A stretch of 64,000 nucleotides of DNA from Gammaproteobacteria bacterium (GTDB lineage: Bacteria > Pseudomonadota > Gammaproteobacteria > JAJFKG01). Under the pieces are notes generated by a model that had not been told where the DNA came from, searched no databases, and saw only the letters and a program-made list of their open reading frames with translations. A program made the translations under genes and the position numbers. The stretch is taken from contig JAJFKG010000006.1 in the NCBI GenBank assembly GCA_021773335.1, positions 99,409 through 163,408 of the forward strand, read 5' to 3'. This document shows positions 29,806 to 41,093 of the stretch, piece after piece. Each line of letters begins with the position of its first letter. Positions within the stretch are counted from its first letter, which is position 1.

Positions 29806-30423
29806 TTAAGCGAGTTCTTGTAGAGATTGTTTAGACTTTTTAGTACGTGTCACAACGCCCTGTTGGAAATGGCGGCGACAAGTTGCGACATACCTATCGT
29901 TACCGCCAATCTGAACTTGCTCACCATCACGCACAGCGTGGTTATTATCATCGATACGCAGATTCATCGTTGCCTTACTGCCACAATGACAAATGGTTTT
30001 AATTTCGATAAGTTCATCTGCCCAAGCTAATAAATATTTACTGCCTTCAAAAGGCTCCGCACGAAAATCGGTACGCAAGCCATAGGCTAAGACTGGCACC
30101 CGTAATTGGTCTGGGATCTTTGCCAATTGCAACACTTGTTGCTTTGTTAGAAATTGTGCCTCGTCAATCAAAACACAAGTGATATTGTCGTTACTGGCAA
30201 CGCGCTGTGATGCATATTCAAAAATGTCACAGTCCTTTTTGAACAAAATGGCATTTGACTCTAAGCCGATGCGCGACCAAATCTTTCCTGGTGAGCGCGT
30301 ATCAACAGCTGGCGTGAACAGTAAAGTCTCCATACCACGCTCATTATAGTTATAACTCGATTGCAACAAGGTCGTGCTCTTGCCCGCATTCATCGCAGAA
30401 TAATAAAAATATAACTTCGCCAA
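29806..30423 (-). CDS. tdk: thymidine kinase
   Basis: (M)[25 protein letters not shown]... plus the C-terminal Zn ribbon (CHCG...C) matches E. coli Tdk. The start is set at TTG (30421-30423) with an AGGA SD 8 nt upstream; the ORF-track 5' extension has no homology. Confidence 0.85.
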   Translation of the reverse strand: MAKLYFYYSAMNAGKSTTLLQSSYNYNERGMETLLFTPAVDTRSPGKIWSRIGLESNAILFKKDCDIFEYASQRVASNDNITCVLIDEAQFLTKQQVLQLAKIPDQLRVPVLAYGLRTDFRAEPFEGSKYLLAWADELIEIKTICHCGSKATMNLRIDDNNHAVRDGEQVQIGGNDRYVATCRRHFQQGVVTRTKKSKQSLQELA

Positions 30424-30433
30424 AACCGTGATC

Positions 30434-31169
30434 CTATAAAGGCCTGCCCCAAGCCAATTTCCTGCGCCAACGAATATTTGAAACAATCATTCCTATGAGG
30501 AGACTAATAATGACAACCCCGGCACCAATAATAAACCACAGGGGTCTCACATCACGTTGTGCGCGCACATAACTATGCTGTAACTGTGCAACCTCTTTTT
30601 GCAGTAATTTGTTCTGTGCATAGAGGGCCTGCAGGGCCATAGGATTTTTATTTCCAGTGCCAACAGTTACAGCCAGCGTATCGCTGCTTGCGCCAACACC
30701 CGCTTCTTGCGCTGCCGAATTATCTGTTATGGGCTGAGCTTGTGATAAAGGTTTTTTTGCTGTATCACCAACCTCTGCCTTTGCTGATGCTGCAGCAGAG
30801 TTATCGCTTTGCTGTGCATGCTCGCCCATCTTCTCGTGGCTAAAAAATGTTTTTATTTCATCTCTGGTTTTATCGATGAGAGTCTCTTCCTGCTTGGCTT
30901 CTACAACCTTGGGCGCTTGTGCCGTCAGATATTTTTTATAGACCCAACCTTGGCCATAGTGTTGAACTTCGATCAGAAAATAGCCACCACGTCCATTTGG
31001 ACTCACCAACTCTACTGATGTACCTTTTTTGACAGCAGTAATCGCTGAGCTTTTTTTTGTCGGCGCCTTGCGCACATACACACTACTTGCCCCAGTAATG
31101 TATAAAGTCTGCGCAGCAGAAATTGTTACCGAAACAAACGCTAGTAAAAGCAATAGATACTTTTTCACT
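30434..31169 (-). CDS. SH3b-domain protein with C-terminal coiled coil and TM anchor (YgiM-like)
   Basis: Signal-like [20 protein letters not shown], then an SH3b region ([27 protein letters not shown]...GWVYKKYL), then a Q/A-rich coiled coil and a C-terminal TM ([19 protein letters not shown]). The GTG start at 31169 is inferred. Confidence 0.65.
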
Positions 31170-31275
31170 TCCTTAGACCCCTTATTCCATGCTGAACAGA
31201 ACTTACGCAGCAACGCCGCCAAAAAACTTGGGGGATCATACCTGAAACAAGGCCAACACAAAACTCTCGCAGGAC

Positions 31276-32532
31276 TTACGCGCCAAATATCAATTTAAGG
31301 CAATAGAAAAAGCCAATCGACAGTAATGCTCCGGCAGGAAGAGTGATCACCCAAGATAAGAAGATATTGCCAATCACATTTAATTGCAAAGCAGCAATAC
31401 CGCGCGCCATGCCTACGCCCAATATCGCCCCCACCAATGTTTGCGTCGTCGATACCGGCAAACCTGTGCCCGTTGCTAACACAACCGTACTTGCTGTCGC
31501 TAACTCAGCCGCAAAACCTCGACTTGGTGTAAGCTGGGTAATCCGCGTACCAACCGTGCTAATAACGCGGTAACCATAGGTTGCTAAACCTAGGACAATA
31601 CCGACTGCCCCCAATAATAATACCCATAGTGGAATAATGGATACAGCGGCCACTGAGCCAGCCGATCGAACGACGTGGACGATGGCAGCGAGTGGCCCGA
31701 TGGCATTAGCCACATCGTTTGAGCCATGTGCAAACGCCATCGAACAGGCGGTGAAAATCATTAAGATACCAAAGACTCTTTCCACTTCGACATAATGAAA
31801 CTCTCTATGTTTTTCAGGATCTGGTTTTACTTTACGTAATAAGAAGAAACTCAGCAGTGCAGCGCAGACAGCAAGCAAAAATGCAGCACCATAACTAAAC
31901 GCTGTAGTAAGCGCTAAGCCAATATGCTGCAAGCCCTTATTAAGGGTCACCAAGACAATAATAAAAGCAACCACAAAAACATAAATGGGTAAGTAATGCT
32001 TTGCTTTATACAGCGGATCTTCAGCTTCTAGAATCAGCCTTTGGATACTCCGAAAGATCAAGAACGCTAATACGCCAGCAATAAAAGGCGTTACCACCCA
32101 GCTCGCTAAGATGCCTGTCACTTTATGCCAATAAACCGCATGAAAACCGACATCTGCGATAGCAAAGCCAATGATTGCACCAACGATACTATGCGTTGTC
32201 GACACTGGCCACGCAAAATAAGAAGCGATCAGCAACCACACTCCCGCCGCCAATAAAGCAGCCAGCATCCCATAAACAAGTAACTGTGGATTTTGTAAGA
32301 ATACCTGTGGGTCAACAATTTTGGCGCGAATGGTATGTGTGACTTGTCCACCAGCGAGAAGAGCACCAGCAAATTCAAAAATAGCAGCAATAATAATAGC
32401 TTGCTTGATAGACAGTGCTTTTGAACCAACTGAGGTACCCATCGCATTGGCTACATCATTAGCACCAACACCCCATGCCATAAATAGGCCGAACAGACTT
32501 GCTAAACCAATATAAAGTAAGCCGTGTTCCAT
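31276..32532 (-). CDS. inorganic phosphate transporter, PiT family (second copy)
   Basis: 418 aa, about 60-65% identical by eye to 12371..13636 (GVGANDVANAMGTSVGSKALSIKQAIIIAAIFEFAGALLAGGQVT). Confidence 0.9.
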   Translation of the reverse strand: MEHGLLYIGLASLFGLFMAWGVGANDVANAMGTSVGSKALSIKQAIIIAAIFEFAGALLAGGQVTHTIRAKIVDPQVFLQNPQLLVYGMLAALLAAGVWLLIASYFAWPVSTTHSIVGAIIGFAIADVGFHAVYWHKVTGILASWVVTPFIAGVLAFLIFRSIQRLILEAEDPLYKAKHYLPIYVFVVAFIIVLVTLNKGLQHIGLALTTAFSYGAAFLLAVCAALLSFFLLRKVKPDPEKHREFHYVEVERVFGILMIFTACSMAFAHGSNDVANAIGPLAAIVHVVRSAGSVAAVSIIPLWVLLLGAVGIVLGLATYGYRVISTVGTRITQLTPSRGFAAELATASTVVLATGTGLPVSTTQTLVGAILGVGMARGIAALQLNVIGNIFLSWVITLPAGALLSIGFFYCLKLIFGA

Positions 32533-32565
32533 GGTCTGTCCGTAATAACTGTTGCCCGATATAGG

Positions 32566-33243
32566 CTAGCGTGCTAATAAAAGCTGTAAACAATTTCCAA
32601 CGTGTTCCGCGCTATCAGCTAACTCACCTACAAGTTCAATAACCTTATACAAAAACATCGCGTCTATAGGCGATAATGTTTCTTCAATACTGTAAGCACT
32701 GTGTCTTACAGTAATCTGTAATTCATCGGTATCATGCTCTGTACGATCAAGTTCTTGGATCATTTCCTCAACATGCTGTACTTCGCTACCAACAAACCCT
32801 GTTTCCAGTAATTCATCAAGCTCATTAATCGCTTTTTGTGCCTGGTTTGTTGCGTCTAAAGAGCGCTGTAAAAACGCTTTGAAGCTCGGCGCAATCGTTT
32901 GCGGAATTATTAAGTGGCGTCCCAAAACCAAACCGGCAATATCTTTCGATTTATTCGCAATTTTATCTTGCACACTGAGGATTTCGAGTAAATCACTGCG
33001 CGGTACCGGCAAAAATAGGCTCTTAGGCAGGTGCAGACGCATTTCATTGCGGATATGATCCGCGTCCTTTTCTAAGGCAGCAATACGCACTTGGTGTTCC
33101 TCAACGCGTGGCCAATCCTGCGCCATCACCGCATCGAAAAATGGCAGCAACTCATGGCTACAAGCATGCACTTTCGCCATATGCTCTTGTAAAGGTCTGA
33201 TTGGAGAACGCCCAAATACGTTAAAAATCGATACCGGCCCCAT
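32566..33243 (-). CDS. DUF47 / PhoU-like protein (TIGR00153, Pit accessory protein)
   Basis: 225 aa helical protein immediately upstream of, and co-transcribed with, the PiT gene. This is the canonical pairing. Confidence 0.8.
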   Translation of the reverse strand: MGPVSIFNVFGRSPIRPLQEHMAKVHACSHELLPFFDAVMAQDWPRVEEHQVRIAALEKDADHIRNEMRLHLPKSLFLPVPRSDLLEILSVQDKIANKSKDIAGLVLGRHLIIPQTIAPSFKAFLQRSLDATNQAQKAINELDELLETGFVGSEVQHVEEMIQELDRTEHDTDELQITVRHSAYSIEETLSPIDAMFLYKVIELVGELADSAEHVGNCLQLLLAR

Positions 33244-33348
33244 AGTTACACTTCCTTGCTAGTGACATAACGGCGTAGATTGTAGCACACGGTTTTTTTT
33301 TGCGCTATAGGCAGGACAAAGGTCGAGAGTTTTAAGTCAGCGCTATTT

Positions 33349-34224
33349 CTAGAAGAGAAAACTTCTTAAATTTAAATTGTGTTCTTGCGTATTCATCACC
33401 ATTCTTTCAATAGAAGCAACGCCACAAGAAAGATGCAACTTAGTATACTTCTCAAAGACTTTACGTGAAGACTTGTGTGTTTTTACTCCACCGGGTTTGC
33501 ATGGCAAATCACTTACCAACATGAGTGCACCAACAGGTACCTTGCGTGCAAAGCCAGTGGTAAACAGCGTACTACACTCCATATCGATGGCTGTGGCTTT
33601 CTCACCTCGCAAACGTGCACGAAATTCTTCATCAAATTCCCACATACGATAGTCGGTGGTATGAATAACACCCGTACGAAAAGGAATCTTACGTTCCATT
33701 AATTCTTCTGCTACAAATTTTTGTGTCATAAAAGCAGGTAAACTTGGCACTTGTGCCGGCATATAATGGCGGCTGCTTCCCTCATCACGTATTGCTGCCA
33801 TAGGTAAAAGAAAGTCGCCGACTTTTTGACTACGATGTAATCCACCACACAAACCTAACATTAATACGCACTGTGGCGACGTATAAGATAAGACATCCAT
33901 GACTAAAGCAGCCATCGGTGAACCCACCCGGTAATCGATAATTGAGACTTTTATATTTTTTGCATGGGCAACCCGTAAGACTGGGCCTGAATAAATCTTA
34001 GCATCATATGCTGTGGCAAAATCATCAACATAATGTGGAAAATTAGTGAGTAAGATAAATTTTTGAAAATCTTTGAGAGCTGATCCTGAATAACGTTCTA
34101 AGGTATCACACGCAATTTGTCGTCGTGTCTGTTGTGAAGTATTAGCTTTGTGCTGTAAGCTGATATCTAAGGCTTCATCTTCGCGCCGGCTTGCACCATG
34201 ACTTTTTTCTGTATCTGATTTCAT
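33349..34224 (-). CDS. nucleoside phosphorylase-fold protein, short-form AMP nucleosidase-like (PNP/UDP family)
   Basis: The VLMLGLCGGL...DMECSTLF pattern corresponds to the catalytic core of Amn/PNP-family enzymes. It lacks the N-terminal regulatory domain of E. coli Amn. Confidence 0.6.
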   Translation of the reverse strand: MKSDTEKSHGASRREDEALDISLQHKANTSQQTRRQIACDTLERYSGSALKDFQKFILLTNFPHYVDDFATAYDAKIYSGPVLRVAHAKNIKVSIIDYRVGSPMAALVMDVLSYTSPQCVLMLGLCGGLHRSQKVGDFLLPMAAIRDEGSSRHYMPAQVPSLPAFMTQKFVAEELMERKIPFRTGVIHTTDYRMWEFDEEFRARLRGEKATAIDMECSTLFTTGFARKVPVGALMLVSDLPCKPGGVKTHKSSRKVFEKYTKLHLSCGVASIERMVMNTQEHNLNLRSFLF

Positions 34225-34377
34225 AACCTGCCTAACTAAACTGTCTGCGATAGGATTGGCAGTAATGTGCCTGCATGACTGGTATCCTTGCGTATACGTC
34301 TAAATCCGTACTCTTAAAATGTTAGTATAAGCATAGTACAAAGCCAGCATGGCGACATTTCTTTTTAAATCAATAGA

Positions 34378-35292
34378 TTATTGCTCAGCCTCCTGTGCCT
34401 GGGCAGCTAGAAGCACACTCATCTGTTCATCTTTCCTGCGCCACAACTCATTCATCCAAGAATGTAAACGTACGCGATAAACCTTATCTTTAACATAATC
34501 GCCCAACATATCTTGTGTCACTGGAATGCGTTCTACACGCACGACGACTTTGCGCATACGCCCACAAAAGAAATCCCAAGCACCAAAACGTGTTGCGCCC
34601 GGATAGGCAATGGTGACATTTAAAATCTCGTGTGTGTATTCACCCATTACCGATAAGGCAAACACAAACCCAGTCGGCTTAGCCTTTAACAAATGTTGAT
34701 AAGGTGAATTTTGACTCTGTTTTTTTGCTTCCGTAAAGCGTGTACCCTCTGGAAAGATTGTCATTGTGATTGGAATATATTTAAATTTTTCACACGCCTT
34801 GCGGGTTATTTCGATATCCTTACCTTTCATCTCAGGATGCTTTTTTAAATAGTCTTTACTGTAACGATAAAGAAAAGGAAAATGTAAAAGCTTACAGGCT
34901 ATGCCAATAATCGGTATCCAAATCAATTCTTGTTTCATGAAAAATTTAATGCTGGGTACTTTACGATTAAAAATTCGGTAAAGAACAAAGATATCGGCCC
35001 AAGACTGATGATTACAAATTAGAAAATACCAATGTTTTTTATCGAGCTTTTCAACGCCTTGCACATCCCACTCAAGCTTGTGAGTCAATGCCAAAGCAAA
35101 ATTATTCCCATCCACCCATAGGGAAGGCATAGCATGTAAGATGCCATTCCAAAAGTTTCGCCACGGCTTAAATGGGAGAATCAAACGTAGTCCCGCCAGA
35201 ATAATAATAGCCACAGGAGCAATAAAAATATTAAGGGCAACAATTAACGAACAAATACATCCTCGCAAGAAGGCCGGCAGAAAACTCAACAT
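34378..35292 (-). CDS. lysophospholipid acyltransferase (PlsC/YihG family)
   Basis: NHQSWADIFVL (HX4D acyltransferase motif) and FPEGTRF. Confidence 0.8.
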   Translation of the reverse strand: MLSFLPAFLRGCICSLIVALNIFIAPVAIIILAGLRLILPFKPWRNFWNGILHAMPSLWVDGNNFALALTHKLEWDVQGVEKLDKKHWYFLICNHQSWADIFVLYRIFNRKVPSIKFFMKQELIWIPIIGIACKLLHFPFLYRYSKDYLKKHPEMKGKDIEITRKACEKFKYIPITMTIFPEGTRFTEAKKQSQNSPYQHLLKAKPTGFVFALSVMGEYTHEILNVTIAYPGATRFGAWDFFCGRMRKVVVRVERIPVTQDMLGDYVKDKVYRVRLHSWMNELWRRKDEQMSVLLAAQAQEAEQ

Positions 35293-35386
35293 AATCGTAT
35301 AATTTCCTTATATTATTATAACGGCTCATACGCTACGCGCGGGACACGCCCGTGCTTGCGCTCAAGGGGCGAGTAGTTACCTATTA

Positions 35387-37315
35387 TTAATCTTCCAAAT
35401 ACGTGTAACCCTCTAAACCCGATTCGAGCTCAGCTAAGAAAACAACGCGCTGTGTCTGGCTTAAATCAGCAGATTCGAGCTGATGCCGGTAAGAAGCCAA
35501 CAATTGTTGCGGCTCAAAGTGCACATAACGCAAAACATCACTCACGGTATCACCCAATTCAATTTGCTCTAGATGATAGCTACCATCGTCATTTAAAACA
35601 ACATTAACAGAGTCGGTATCACCAAATAAATTATGCATATCGCCCAAGATCTCTTGGTAAGCGCCTACCAAGAAAAAACCCAACGTATAATCAATGTCTG
35701 TATTGCTATCAGGGATTGGCAAGGTATTTTCCAAACTTTGGCTATCAACATACTTATCGATGCGTCCATCTGAATCACAGGTGATGTCTTGCACAATTGC
35801 CCTTTGGCTTGGTTCGATATGTAGATGACTTAGCGGCATGATAGGAAATACTTGTTGTATTGCCCATATATCAGGTAAAGACTGAAACAATGAAAAGTTG
35901 GTAAATAATTTTAGGGCCAGTTTTGTATTAATCTCATCAAGCACTTCACGTTGTGCGCGCTGTCGCAACGATAATTTCTGTTGTAACACAGCACATGTCG
36001 CGAAATAGAGCCTTTCAGCATATGCCAACTCCGCTAGTGTTAATACTCCATGCATATACATGGTATTGGCTTCGGCAATCGCATGACAAGCGTCGTGATA
36101 AATTTCTAATAAAGAACGCTGCTCAATATTGTGCGCGCTACGATAAAGATCCTGCAGTACTGTTGGCATATTATCGTCGATCTCTAAGTTTGAAATATTA
36201 ATATCGCGCTGTTCAGCATCAATAACATTACTAATTAAGACCGCATGATGTGCTGCAAGAGTACGTCCAGACTCAGTGATAATATTAGGGTGGGGCAGAT
36301 CATTTTCACGACAAGCTTCATCCAATACATGCACAATATTATGTGCATATTCCTCTAAAGTATAATTCATAGAACATTGTGTACGCGAACGACTCCCTTC
36401 GTAGTCAACGCCTAAACCACCACCCACATCAACGGTTTTGATATCAGCACCCATGCTACATATTTCGACATAGTAACGGACAAACTCACGCACACCACGC
36501 TGGATATCGCGAATATTGGCAATTTGTGATCCCATGTGACAATGTAATAACTGTAGCGCATTCAAATTTTTGCTGGCCTTGAGTTGTGCTACTACTTGCA
36601 GTAATTGACTCGCTGTCAAACCAAACTTGGAACGTTCGCCACCCGTATTTTGCCATTTGCCGTGGGCAATTGCATTCAGCCGCACACGCACTCCCAAGGT
36701 TGGCTGCACCTCTAAATTTTGTGCTTCCTGCAGAACTAACGCTAGTTCTTTGACACGCTCGATAATTATATAAACGCGATGCCCCAACTGCTGCCCAATT
36801 AGCGCTAAACGTATATACTCACGATCTTTGTAACCATTACAAACAATCACAAAGGGTTGTTTCGTTAATTCTCTGCCTTGCCCCGCCATTGCCAGCACCG
36901 CCATCAACTCAGGCTTACTACCCGCTTCTAATCCTATAGAGGCATTGCTGATCTGCGACTGCCCCATAGTTTTGATAAATTGTTGGATGACATGTGATTG
37001 TTGATTGACTTTAATAGGATAGACACAACTATAATGTGCAGCATAGTTCATCGCTTGCATTGCCTGCGCAAAAGATTGTTGCTGCCGCATAATGCGATGC
37101 GTGAGAATATCTGGAAAACGTAATAGGGCGGGTAAACGCAAACCTGCTTCCGTGATTCGCGCGATAATGTCGCTTAATTCAATTGCCGTTGCATTTTCTT
37201 TCCCACGCGGGAAAACCACCACATTACCCTGCGCGTTAATATCATAATAACCATCACTCCAGTGGGTAACGCTATAGGTCTGGCGCGCTGCCTCAATATC
37301 CCAAACTGCTTTCAT
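35387..37315 (-). CDS. speA: biosynthetic arginine decarboxylase
   Basis: 642 aa with the N-terminus WSDGYYDINAQGNVVV and PLP-fold decarboxylase blocks typical of SpeA. Confidence 0.9.
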   Translation of the reverse strand: MKAVWDIEAARQTYSVTHWSDGYYDINAQGNVVVFPRGKENATAIELSDIIARITEAGLRLPALLRFPDILTHRIMRQQQSFAQAMQAMNYAAHYSCVYPIKVNQQSHVIQQFIKTMGQSQISNASIGLEAGSKPELMAVLAMAGQGRELTKQPFVIVCNGYKDREYIRLALIGQQLGHRVYIIIERVKELALVLQEAQNLEVQPTLGVRVRLNAIAHGKWQNTGGERSKFGLTASQLLQVVAQLKASKNLNALQLLHCHMGSQIANIRDIQRGVREFVRYYVEICSMGADIKTVDVGGGLGVDYEGSRSRTQCSMNYTLEEYAHNIVHVLDEACRENDLPHPNIITESGRTLAAHHAVLISNVIDAEQRDINISNLEIDDNMPTVLQDLYRSAHNIEQRSLLEIYHDACHAIAEANTMYMHGVLTLAELAYAERLYFATCAVLQQKLSLRQRAQREVLDEINTKLALKLFTNFSLFQSLPDIWAIQQVFPIMPLSHLHIEPSQRAIVQDITCDSDGRIDKYVDSQSLENTLPIPDSNTDIDYTLGFFLVGAYQEILGDMHNLFGDTDSVNVVLNDDGSYHLEQIELGDTVSDVLRYVHFEPQQLLASYRHQLESADLSQTQRVVFLAELESGLEGYTYLED

Positions 37316-37484
37316 TGATTTTGTCTCTTAGTGATTAACAAGCTAGCCACGAGGTGCGTGCAGGATACGTCTCGAACACATAAAATGGGCGCCAACCGCG
37401 GTAGGGAATTCTACAATAACCTTGTCTGCTAAGTAAATAGCAATGTATAATTGATATCTTTGCCCTAATGCGAGAATATTACTT

Positions 37485-38339
37485 ATGCAACAACAAGTTA
37501 ATAACGAATGGTTTACTGAAATCTGCAAAGAAGGTGGTATTGCTTTAGGGTTCAAACTCAAAGACAAATTACACGAGGAAATAACAGATTTCCAAAAAAT
37601 CGAGATCTATGCCACCGAGCATTTTGGCAACCTCATGGTAATTGATGGTTTTATCATGTTAACCAGTCGTGATAATTTTCTCTATCATGAAATGTTGTCT
37701 CACCCTGCTTTATTTACCCATCAAAATCCTAGCCAGGTAGTAATCATTGGTGGCGGCGATTGTGGTACGTTGAAAGAGGTGCTCAAACACCAAGAAGTTG
37801 CAAAGCTTTGGCAGATTGAGATCGATGAACGAGTGACACGTTTAGCACAAGCATATTTCCCTGAACTGTGTGATGCCAACGATGATTCACGTGCCAATTT
37901 TTATTTTGGTGATGGACTGAAATGGATGACGCAAGCAACTGCAAAGTCTATTGATGTTATTATCGTTGACTCCACTGATCCCATCGGCCCAGGTGAAGTA
38001 TTGTTTACTGAAGCATTCTATAAAGATTGCTTTGCGGCGCTTAGAGAAGGGGGCATTATTGTTCAACAGAGCGAATCGCCACTTTTACACCGTGATAGTA
38101 TTATCGCGCCTATGCATAAAAAAATGCGTGCCGCCGGCTTTACCTCAACACATACACTACAATTTCCACAACCCTGCTATCCTTCCGGCTGGTGGACAGC
38201 GACAATGGCGGGTAAAAACTGTAATTTGCAAGGATTTCGCCAAGCTGATGTCGCTAATAAACCCTTCAACACAGGTTACTATAATGAAAGCATACACCTT
38301 GCCACACTCGCCGTACCTGAGTTATTACTTGGTATATAA
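37485..38339 (+). CDS. speE: polyamine aminopropyltransferase (spermidine synthase)
   Basis: VLIIGGGDGGT-like motif (VVIIGGGDCGTLKEV) and the D-S-T-D-P-x-G-P-G signature (DSTDPIGPG). Confidence 0.9.
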   Translation: MQQQVNNEWFTEICKEGGIALGFKLKDKLHEEITDFQKIEIYATEHFGNLMVIDGFIMLTSRDNFLYHEMLSHPALFTHQNPSQVVIIGGGDCGTLKEVLKHQEVAKLWQIEIDERVTRLAQAYFPELCDANDDSRANFYFGDGLKWMTQATAKSIDVIIVDSTDPIGPGEVLFTEAFYKDCFAALREGGIIVQQSESPLLHRDSIIAPMHKKMRAAGFTSTHTLQFPQPCYPSGWWTATMAGKNCNLQGFRQADVANKPFNTGYYNESIHLATLAVPELLLGI

Positions 38340-38366
38340 TGACACTTAACAAGGATAACTGACGCA

Positions 38367-40226
38367 ATGGATGCGCAACGACAAGCCTTATTTAAAGCTG
38401 CAGGTGTGAGCCAACGCACTGGGGAGACAGAAAAAACGCGTCAACTGTGTCAGCAAATTCTTGCGCTTAACCCTGAACAGGCGAATGAACTGCAGGCCTT
38501 AGCGATTCTTTTCGCCAACCTCGGTGAGCCTGCACAAGCTATAGAATTGCTTGAGCGAGCGATAACAAAAGACCCACAGATTGCATCTTACCACTATAAT
38601 CTCGGCGTTTTGTATGCAGAGAGCCAACAGCAGGAAAACGCTTGTCGTTGCTATCGCAACGTATTAGCCTTACAACCCGATAATGCCCAGGCACTGAATA
38701 ATCTCGGTGTTTTGCTACAAAATACTGGGCAAACACAAGAAGCCATGGATTGTTATCAGAAAGCCATCCAGATCGATCCCAAACAAGTAAATGCCTACAA
38801 TAACCTAGGTAATATTTGCAAAGAGAAAAACCAATACTCACAAGCCATCGCGTATTACCAAAAAGCCATTGCGACTAACCCTAACTATGTGCAAGCTTAC
38901 GCAAATATGGCCGCTGTCTATGGCAAGCAACGTAATTTTGCCAAAGCCATAGAGTTATTTGAAAAGGCATTAGCTATCGCACCACAACATGCCGATATAC
39001 ACGCTAATATGGCATCCATACTGACGGATGCCAACCAAGTTACTGATGCGATTAAACACCTACAAATAGCACTACGGATCAAATCTAATGATCCGGATTT
39101 ACTAGGCAAATATGTAACAACGCTAGTACGTGCGCGTAAATTTACAGACGCTGAAACAAAAATCCAGCAGTTACTTAAGTTAGCGCCTCAATATCCCCCT
39201 AGTTATCTCATCGCCGGTATGTGTTATGTGCAGCAAACTAAGTTTACCCAAGCAGAACAAATGTTCAAACACGCACTATCATTAGACTCTGAATGTGCAA
39301 ATGCGCATTTCTACTACAGCATGGTCTTGCTAACCAAAGGCCACTTTAGCCAAGGTTGGCAAGAGTTCGAATGGCGTTGGCAAAAGCCCGACTTTACCTC
39401 ACAAAAACGTGATTTTGCACAGCCACTTTGGGATGGCAAACCACTGAATGGTAAAACCTTATTGGTCCACACCGAGCAAGGCATTGGCGATTCACTCCAA
39501 TTTATCCGTCTGCTAAACAAAGTCAAAGCGTTTGGTGATTCAATTATACTTGAATGCGAACCCGTGCTTGAAACATTATTCCGACGCAGTTTCTCGCTCA
39601 AACAAGTTGTCAATAAAACGCAGAAATTACCAAAATTTGATACTCATATACCGCTATTGAGTTTAGCCAAGTTATTTAATATTACGCTGGAAACTATCCC
39701 TAAGGACACCCCCTACCTGCAAGCGGATGCGGAACTATGTGCACACTGGGCTGAACAATTCAAACAATATTCTGGATGTAAAATTGGCATTGTTTGGGCA
39801 GGGAATCCTCAACACAGTAACGATTATAACCGTTCTATGCCATTTGCTACCATCAAGCCTTTATTGACAGTGCCTAACACGCATTTTTTCAGCTTACAAA
39901 AATTACTGTTTGGTAAGGAATCACATAAATTACCGCTATATACCCAAATGATTGATTTGGATCCTTACCTGAAAGATTTTGATGCATCGGCAGCAATTAT
40001 TGAGAACTTAGATCTGGTCATTAGCGTCGATACTGCCACAGCACATTTAGCCGGAGCCCTTGGCAAACCCACTTGGATATTATTACCATTCTCGCCCGAT
40101 TGGCGTTGGTTATTGGAGCGCGATGACAGTCCTTGGTATCCTTCGGCACATCTATTTCGTCAGACAAAACCCGGCGACTGGGCTACAGTCATTGCAAAAG
40201 TGGTGGATAGTTTGCGCGCGCTATGA
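38367..40226 (+). CDS. TPR-repeat protein fused to a glycosyltransferase family 9 (heptosyltransferase-like) domain
   Basis: About 9 TPR units in the N-terminal 330 aa. The C-terminus carries the GT9 hallmarks: HTEQGIGDSLQF...DLVISVDTATAHLAGALGKPTWILL. Confidence 0.75.
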   Translation: MDAQRQALFKAAGVSQRTGETEKTRQLCQQILALNPEQANELQALAILFANLGEPAQAIELLERAITKDPQIASYHYNLGVLYAESQQQENACRCYRNVLALQPDNAQALNNLGVLLQNTGQTQEAMDCYQKAIQIDPKQVNAYNNLGNICKEKNQYSQAIAYYQKAIATNPNYVQAYANMAAVYGKQRNFAKAIELFEKALAIAPQHADIHANMASILTDANQVTDAIKHLQIALRIKSNDPDLLGKYVTTLVRARKFTDAETKIQQLLKLAPQYPPSYLIAGMCYVQQTKFTQAEQMFKHALSLDSECANAHFYYSMVLLTKGHFSQGWQEFEWRWQKPDFTSQKRDFAQPLWDGKPLNGKTLLVHTEQGIGDSLQFIRLLNKVKAFGDSIILECEPVLETLFRRSFSLKQVVNKTQKLPKFDTHIPLLSLAKLFNITLETIPKDTPYLQADAELCAHWAEQFKQYSGCKIGIVWAGNPQHSNDYNRSMPFATIKPLLTVPNTHFFSLQKLLFGKESHKLPLYTQMIDLDPYLKDFDASAAIIENLDLVISVDTATAHLAGALGKPTWILLPFSPDWRWLLERDDSPWYPSAHLFRQTKPGDWATVIAKVVDSLRAL

Positions 40227-40253
40227 TTTACATTTTTGTATAGCAGCAACAGA

Positions 40254-41093
40254 TCATTGCCAGGTATCATTTGGATCTTTTACTTGCCGTAATCCCTTAA
40301 TGCTATACCGCGAATCACGCGGCAAACAAAACATATTGACTGAGACTGTGTTTGCAAAAATATTCTCAGCATTTTGAAAATAGTTACTTGGATTATACAG
40401 TGGTGGTAAATGCCAATATAGCGCGTAATCTAATGACATAATATATTCGATTAACGCAGATGACTTTTCCGGGCGGTCATTCTCAACATACAATAGGGGT
40501 TGGTGTTGTTTTATCGTTTGTTGGGCGCCCATCAATGCTTCCTTTTCCATACCCTCAATATCCAGTTTAATGAAATCACAGTTAGATAGGTGTAACGAAT
40601 CAATGGTGAGGACAGGGACAGACTCACCCTTTTCATACCCACCCAAGGCTAAGCCGCCATAATTAGCTTCATGTGCATAATCCAGTGGTGGTATTAGCAC
40701 ACTACCAGGCTGCTCGCCAACCGCACGCTGATAACAATGTACATTAACTCGACTATTTAGTGCCATATTGGCACATAGCGTTTGAAAAACTATTCTCTGT
40801 GGCTCAAAGGCAATCACCGCACCGGTATGAGTTACAGCATGTGAAAAATATAAGGTGTGCGCACCAATATTAGCGCCCATATCTAACACCACATCATCGG
40901 GCTTGAGAAATTTTTTGAATAATTCTATTTCAGCTTCAGAAAATTCACCATAGTTTTGAAACGAACGTCCAACATAGAGATCATTTTTGTTATACAACAT
41001 ATAACCATGCCGACACGCCTTAAGTTCATTAATAGCCGTTGTATAGATTGCTTTTGCAGCCATGTGCCTCATTCCATTGTTTATGCGGATCAC
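40254..41093 (-). CDS. FkbM-family SAM-dependent methyltransferase
   Basis: [16 protein letters not shown] and the downstream FkbM-domain blocks. Its ATG overlaps the icmF stop in an ATGA arrangement. Confidence 0.8.
   Translation of the reverse strand: MIRINNGMRHMAAKAIYTTAINELKACRHGYMLYNKNDLYVGRSFQNYGEFSEAEIELFKKFLKPDDVVLDMGANIGAHTLYFSHAVTHTGAVIAFEPQRIVFQTLCANMALNSRVNVHCYQRAVGEQPGSVLIPPLDYAHEANYGGLALGGYEKGESVPVLTIDSLHLSNCDFIKLDIEGMEKEALMGAQQTIKQHQPLLYVENDRPEKSSALIEYIMSLDYALYWHLPPLYNPSNYFQNAENIFANTVSVNMFCLPRDSRYSIKGLRQVKDPNDTWQ

Noticed and set aside
35292-35387. GC-rich stretch GCGCGGGACACGCCCGTGCTTGCGC between the acyltransferase gene and speA, considered as another REP copy
   Set aside because: It lacks the TTATCAAGGCTAC tail and the clean palindromic symmetry of the REP family. 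It is probably just a terminator-like hairpin.
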